From Ramazzottius varieornatus (taxonomy: Eukaryota > Animalia > Tardigrada), in contig BDGG01000012.1 in the NCBI GenBank assembly GCA_001949185.1, positions 550,973-614,972 on the forward strand: DNA of 64,000 nt, in the 5' to 3' direction. The first letter of the stretch is position 1. The number at the start of each line of letters is the position of its first letter. Positions 62,668 through 64,000 of this stretch are shown in pieces. The notes beneath the pieces were generated by a model, which worked only from the letters and a program-made list of their open reading frames with translations, searched no databases and was not told the DNA's origin. The position numbers were made by a program, and so were the translations under genes.

Positions 62668-64000
62668 ATGTTGGAGAAACTCAAGGAGAAATATTTCCCG
62701 GACGGTTTTACTTTCAGGAACCCTTTCGCTTCCGGTCCTCTTGATGATCTCAGCTGTGGAATTTTCGGATTCCGACCAAAATGGCTACAGTATTTTCGTT
62801 CCATGAAGGTAGGTACTTAAGATATTCCATGAAGTTTACTGATACCCAAACTTGCTGATAGCTTGGCCACATTTTCGCATAATCTCGCTAAGATTACTTT
62901 ATGTGTCATCACTGTAATAAGAGCGGCAAAGTGGGCAGAGCCGACACCAGCCCACCCAATGGCGATGCACGGTCTGTCAAGCGTTGATTGTTGATTGTCA
63001 AAGCCTCAGCGTCAAAAGCCCACAACAGACAAAATTCATTCTCGACTCTGGAGTTCCGAGCGATTTTCTCCAGCGTTCTGCTGCATATCGCTGATGAGCT
63101 TATATGGAAATCGTCGTCTTGAGTTGTTAGGATCAGGCTGGTTGGGATCTGGATAGGGGCCACGCTGGCGCGGGCAAGAGCGGACGAAGTGTTGTCTGGG
63201 ACCAGCATGACCGGAAGCTCCAGGGTTTCGCTCAGTGTTTTGGTATCTTTCACAGGTTTTCATGACATGCTACATAATCCTGGGAGTTTTCCATGGTACG
63301 TATGTCCTAAACTTGTCATACACTTTGCCTCTTTGAACGAGCAGGATCATCTGTTGAATTTCCCTCTAGGCATGTACAGCACCTACATCAGTACGGTTAT
63401 CCCTTCTCTGGAGAAGCGCTTTGGATTCACCTCTCGAGAAGGTTCGTTCAGTCCTCTTGTCTCATACTCTGCTTTACAAATTTATCTACACTTTGGGTTA
63501 TCTGCAGTCGGCACCTTTCGAGCAATGTCGGATGTCAGTCGGATATTCGCTTCGCTGGTCGTGGCCCATTATGGCGGCGCTGGTCAGTCATGTCCCAGCT
63601 CGCACTTCAATCTAAGCTCTCGGAGAACCGAACATCACCACGAATTGTTGTAGGCCATAGACCTCGATGGATAGGATTTGGAGCCATACTTTTGGGTACA
63701 CTATATTGTAGCAGTGCAGTTTATTAACGGAATCGAAGAAGCTTTTGTCCCGCCAACAGGTCTGGGGATGTTTCTGATGGCGGCCACCGAGGGCATCTTT
63801 CCAGTGACTGCCCGATCCGCCGTCACCCAAATGGTGGCTTCTGCGAAAGACTCAAATGAGAAATTCTGTCATGCCAACATCACGAAGAGTACCTATTCAC
63901 CTCACTGTGAGATAGCTCAAGAACGCAGCTTGTACCCACTAATGGTACTTGGGTTCGCCGAGTTCGTCATGGGACTGGGTGCCACCTCCATCGTCATCCT
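62668..64000 (+). CDS. SLCO: OATP/SLCO, copy 2 (tandem paralog, runs off the window)
   Basis: Exon 1 MLEKLKEKYFP...SCGIFGFRPKWLQYFRSMK|, exon 2 VFMTCYIILGVFHG, then PSLEKRFGFTS, AMSDVS and HRPRWIG. Intron positions match copy 1. Confidence 0.9.

Noticed and set aside
62909-63253. Antisense ORF in SLCO-2 intron 1 with faint resemblance to a LINE RT 'RPISL..SK.LEKI' motif
   Set aside because: The similarity is too weak and no other RT motifs are present.

Overview
This is gene-dense eukaryotic (invertebrate, probably ecdysozoan) genomic DNA with many short GT-AG introns, mostly about 55-90 bp. It contains no prokaryotic features. Recognisable spliced genes, in order: TMF1 (-), THADA (+), a globin X-like globin (+), ATIC/PurH (-), an AKH/RPCH-type neuropeptide precursor (+, predicted pQFNFSPNW-amide), a RASD/Rhes GTPase (+), an NCBP2-AS2 homolog (-), mitoribosomal mL63 (+), an AIFM3-like Rieske/FAD oxidoreductase (-), a DUF4807-like protein (+), a BTB-BACK protein (+), an AKH/ACP/GnRH-family receptor (+), a small secreted Cys-hairpin protein (+) and two tandem OATP/SLCO transporters (+). 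Several orphan genes lie among them. The most striking unexplained structure is a 77-bp palindromic element, CAAGATCGTT-N4-CAAGTGGCGCAC-N24/25-GTGCGCCACTTG-N4-AACGATCTTG. About 23 copies occur at 18 loci, almost all inside introns and often as doublets. Spacer length is conserved while spacer sequence varies. Other notable points: the AKH-type ligand gene lies about 26 kb from a receptor of its own family, ATIC has a possible mitochondrial presequence, and there are several non-autonomous TIR elements. All exon structures and family assignments were read by eye, with no database search.
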